From contig JAAFKI010000045.1 of assembly GCA_021399345.1 (NCBI GenBank), positions 51,228 through 115,227 on the forward strand: a DNA stretch of 64,000 bases, in the 5' to 3' direction. A program made the position numbers and the translations under genes. The DNA is from Candidatus Heimdallarchaeota archaeon. GTDB taxonomy: Archaea; Asgardarchaeota; Heimdallarchaeia; Heimdallarchaeales; Heimdallarchaeaceae. The notes under the pieces were generated by a model, which did no database searches, was not told the origin of the DNA, and saw only the letters and a list, made by a program, of their open reading frames with translations. Of this stretch, positions 61,448 through 64,000 are shown piece by piece; position 1 is the first letter of the stretch, and every line of letters starts with the position of its first letter.

Positions 61448-64000
61448 GTTTTCACCTCAGGAGGTTTTACTTTACTCTCAATCAAAACTTTGTGAGCGAA
61501 CTCTTCAGAGAGCTCTACATCATCAAGAGAGGGAGTTATAAGAATAAATTGAGGAGTAATTATCCTATTCTCCTTCGAGATTTTATAGGTTGCTAAAGCC
61601 ATGGAAAAAGCAAGTGCTTTGTTTCTCTTATCAAGTTTTTGTGTAAATTCATCTATTGCATGAATTGGTGAGTGATTTATCATGTGAAGAGCTAAAATGA
61701 TTGCTTGGGCTAATAGTGTTTTTTCTCCCCCTGAAAGCTGTCTATATTTTCTATTGTCTCCCTTGGTTTCAGCTTCTATATGTAATCCTGCATACTTCTC
61801 ATCATAATAATTTCGAATTTGGATTGATACGTTTACGAAAATATCTTGAAGAAGTAAATTCAGCATCTTGTTCAGATGGTCTACAATATTATGAAGACCA
61901 CCTTCCCATTCATTGATTCTTTTTTCTAAATCTTCTTTAAGATTATTTAGATGAATTTCAGCATTTGTTACTTCATCTTGTAAAATGCTTACTTGTTGCT
62001 CTTGTTTTTCGATGCTATCTTGTGATACTTCTGGTGTAATTTCTAATAGTTCTAATTGTCCTTTAATTTTATTATATTCAGAGGTTATTTCTTCTTTATC
62101 TGAACGGATACTTTCAGGAGGTTCTCCTTTCTCCTTTGCTTCTTTATTCAGATTTTCATAAGCTTCTTTTAAATCTAAGATTTCTATTTCAAGAAAACTA
62201 ATCAATTTTAGATTTTTGTCTCTTCTCCCTGAAAGGTCTTTAATCTCTTCATTTAGATGATTGAGTTTCTTTCTGATTTCATCATACTGTTTTTGTTGTA
62301 CTGTAACAATCTTTTCAATATCAACTATATCATGAGTGATCTTGTTGATTTTCATATCAAGTTTAGAAAGGTTCTCAGTCTCAGTTTTAACTAAGATTTC
62401 AGTTGCACTTTTGATTTGCTGTAACCTGAGAAATTCATTTTCAATTTCATCAGTTCCCATTTCCCAAGGTTTCAACTGGTTCTCTAACTCTCGCTTTCTA
62501 TTGTCTAATTCAGCTAAACTTCCAGTAATTCTAATCTTATCTTCAGTAATCTTCTCAATATCAAATTGTACTAATTGTAGTTGTTCTCTTATACGTTCAA
62601 TTGATTGATATTTATTGAGATCTAAACTCAGTTTTACATTAGATCTTCTCGGTGGTCTTGAAAATGCTTCTTGAGAAAGATAAAAGCTGTTACAATCTGT
62701 TGTCAAAATGTTGGTTTTGTATTGCTTCGCATAGTCTGTTAGAAGATTTGGAGGCAAGGATGGCGAGCCTAATAGTATTCTTACAAACTTAACCAAATAC
62801 AACCTAACTTGAAATGGAGCTTCAATTAGATTAACTGCAAAATCGATTATTCCTTCAGGTTTATTCTCTAATGATTGATTGATAAGGTAAGCAGGTTTGG
62901 GTCCTTTTTCTTCCTCCAAAATTCGCCCTACTGTGAAATTTGGTTTATAAGTTGGAAAAATTTTATCGTAAATGTTTTTAGCTTCTTTGTAAGCTTCGTG
63001 GGTAGTAGCAACAAAACCAAAGAGATATCTTCCAAGAGATGCTTTTATAACATCTGTATAATTTTCAAAACCTTCCTTTATAGAGATAATCTCATATATA
63101 GGTCCAATAATTTCATCTTTAAAATCTGAATTCTGAATTTTTTCCTTATACAATATACAATCTTTTATTAATTTCCGCTCATAGTCCGACAGTTCTCCAT
63201 AAAGATGAGATCTTTCATTTATTCTTTGTTTTATTTTGTCTTCATCAGTTGCTTTGTCTTTTAAATTAATTTGGCTAGACTGCAACTCATTGTTCAATTG
63301 TGAAATACTTGTATGAACTTTATCCAATTGTTGTTGTAATTGCTTTTTTTGTGAAAAACCTTCATCAGTTTGAATGGTCTCAAATCCACTTAGTTTCAAA
63401 TCGATATTTGCTATCTGAGATTTCGAAGATTGTACCATTCGATTTTTTTCTTCCTTCTGACCTTCCAACCTATTTTCCTGATCTGACAATTCCCTCATAC
63501 TAGTTTTTCTATCTACTAGTTCTTCTTCTGCTTTTTTTACATCTTCACGCAGATTATCTTGATCAATCGAAGAAATACTAAGCTTCTTTTCCAATTCTTC
63601 GAGTTCTTTCTTTTTTCTGGTTAAGTTTTGGTTTGCATCCTCAAATTGATTTTGACTTTCAATTGCTTTAAACCAGACTAGTTCTCTTTCAAGAACCTCA
63701 TATCTTTGTATGAGTTCTCTTTTCATCTGTATCCTTTCAAAGTTCTCCCTAAGTCTTTCTAACCTGCTCTCCTCTTTTTCTAATTGCATAACTAAAGGTG
63801 AGTGCTCCCTTTCCTTCTCTTCTACTTTTTTCTTCGAATTTATGTAGCTATTAAATATTTCTTTCAGACCAGTTGCAACTAATAAACTATCTAATTTCTT
63901 ATGAGGCGAACCATCTGCAAAAGAGCTGAGATATCCTTCTTCAGTGAAGTTAAGCATTGTATCCTCAAATATCCCTATGTTCTTCATTAAATTCTGAATC
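61444..64000 (-). CDS. SMC-family ATPase, Smc5/6-like head motifs; N-terminus beyond window edge
   Basis: The frame is open to nt 64000 (..IQNLMKNIG..), so the Walker A head is outside the window. Two long coiled-coil arms flank a hinge-like block (IGPIYEIISIKEGFENYTDVIKASLGRYLFGFVATTHEAYKEAK). The C-terminal head carries YRQLSGGEKTLLAQAIILALHMINHSPIHAIDEFTQKLDKRNK. Confidence 0.75.
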   Translation of the reverse strand, partial: IQNLMKNIGIFEDTMLNFTEEGYLSSFADGSPHKKLDSLLVATGLKEIFNSYINSKKKVEEKEREHSPLVMQLEKEESRLERLRENFERIQMKRELIQRYEVLERELVWFKAIESQNQFEDANQNLTRKKKELEELEKKLSISSIDQDNLREDVKKAEEELVDRKTSMRELSDQENRLEGQKEEKNRMVQSSKSQIANIDLKLSGFETIQTDEGFSQKKQLQQQLDKVHTSISQLNNELQSSQINLKDKATDEDKIKQRINERSHLYGELSDYERKLIKDCILYKEKIQNSDFKDEIIGPIYEIISIKEGFENYTDVIKASLGRYLFGFVATTHEAYKEAKNIYDKIFPTYKPNFTVGRILEEEKGPKPAYLINQSLENKPEGIIDFAVNLIEAPFQVRLYLVKFVRILLGSPSLPPNLLTDYAKQYKTNILTTDCNSFYLSQEAFSRPPRRSNVKLSLDLNKYQSIERIREQLQLVQFDIEKITEDKIRITGSLAELDNRKRELENQLKPWEMGTDEIENEFLRLQQIKSATEILVKTETENLSKLDMKINKITHDIVDIEKIVTVQQKQYDEIRKKLNHLNEEIKDLSGRRDKNLKLISFLEIEILDLKEAYENLNKEAKEKGEPPESIRSDKEEITSEYNKIKGQLELLEITPEVSQDSIEKQEQQVSILQDEVTNAEIHLNNLKEDLEKRINEWEGGLHNIVDHLNKMLNLLLQDIFVNVSIQIRNYYDEKYAGLHIEAETKGDNRKYRQLSGGEKTLLAQAIILALHMINHSPIHAIDEFTQKLDKRNKALAFSMALATYKISKENRIITPQFILITPSLDDVELSEEFAHKVLIESKVKPPEVKT

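Noticed and set aside
1-64000. CRISPR arrays, tRNA/rRNA genes, IS elements or prophage blocks
   Set aside because: Reading through the intergenic regions, I found no regularly spaced direct repeats, no cloverleaf-compatible GC-rich ~75-nt segments with a GTTC T-loop, and no transposase or integrase catalytic domains. The only recombinase-related sequence is the non-catalytic domain at 27824-28717.

Overview
This is an AT-rich archaeal chromosomal segment (roughly one-third G+C by eye). It is densely coding on both strands, with about 60 genes. I saw no rRNA, tRNA, CRISPR array or intact transposase.

Archaeal identity rests on r-proteins S8e and S30e, SRP19, Gar1, Nop5-fibrillarin, Trm1, RlmE, Elp3, a TFE-beta/RPC34-like Fe-S protein, and the HMG-CoA synthase/thiolase/DUF35 trio. 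S30e, TFE-beta and an Smc5/6-like ATPase head together would fit a TACK/Asgard-type lineage. The window alone cannot establish that.

Housekeeping blocks:
- translation and RNA modification, 14.4-18.8 kb and 22.3-27.2 kb
- mevalonate pathway, 6.9-9.5 kb
- pgk

Accessory blocks:
- an odd block at 27.2-30.9 kb holding an acidic recombinase-domain protein, a convergent pair of paralogous membrane proteins, and a ~275-nt GC-rich highly structured non-coding element
- an isoprenoid-lipid theme: FixC/FixX/SCP2 and a fused polyprenol-kinase/DUF92 protein
- a cell-surface cluster at 50.3-59.6 kb whose proteins share a C-terminal TM + basic-tail signal; it includes an ABC permease with an inserted seven-blade LVIVD propeller
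- at the right edge, a tightly coupled four-gene unit: Smc5/6-like ATPase, kleisin-like, winged-helix and zinc-finger proteins

I consider the four-gene SMC unit the best candidate for an undescribed system. All functional calls come from motif recognition by eye, with no database searches.
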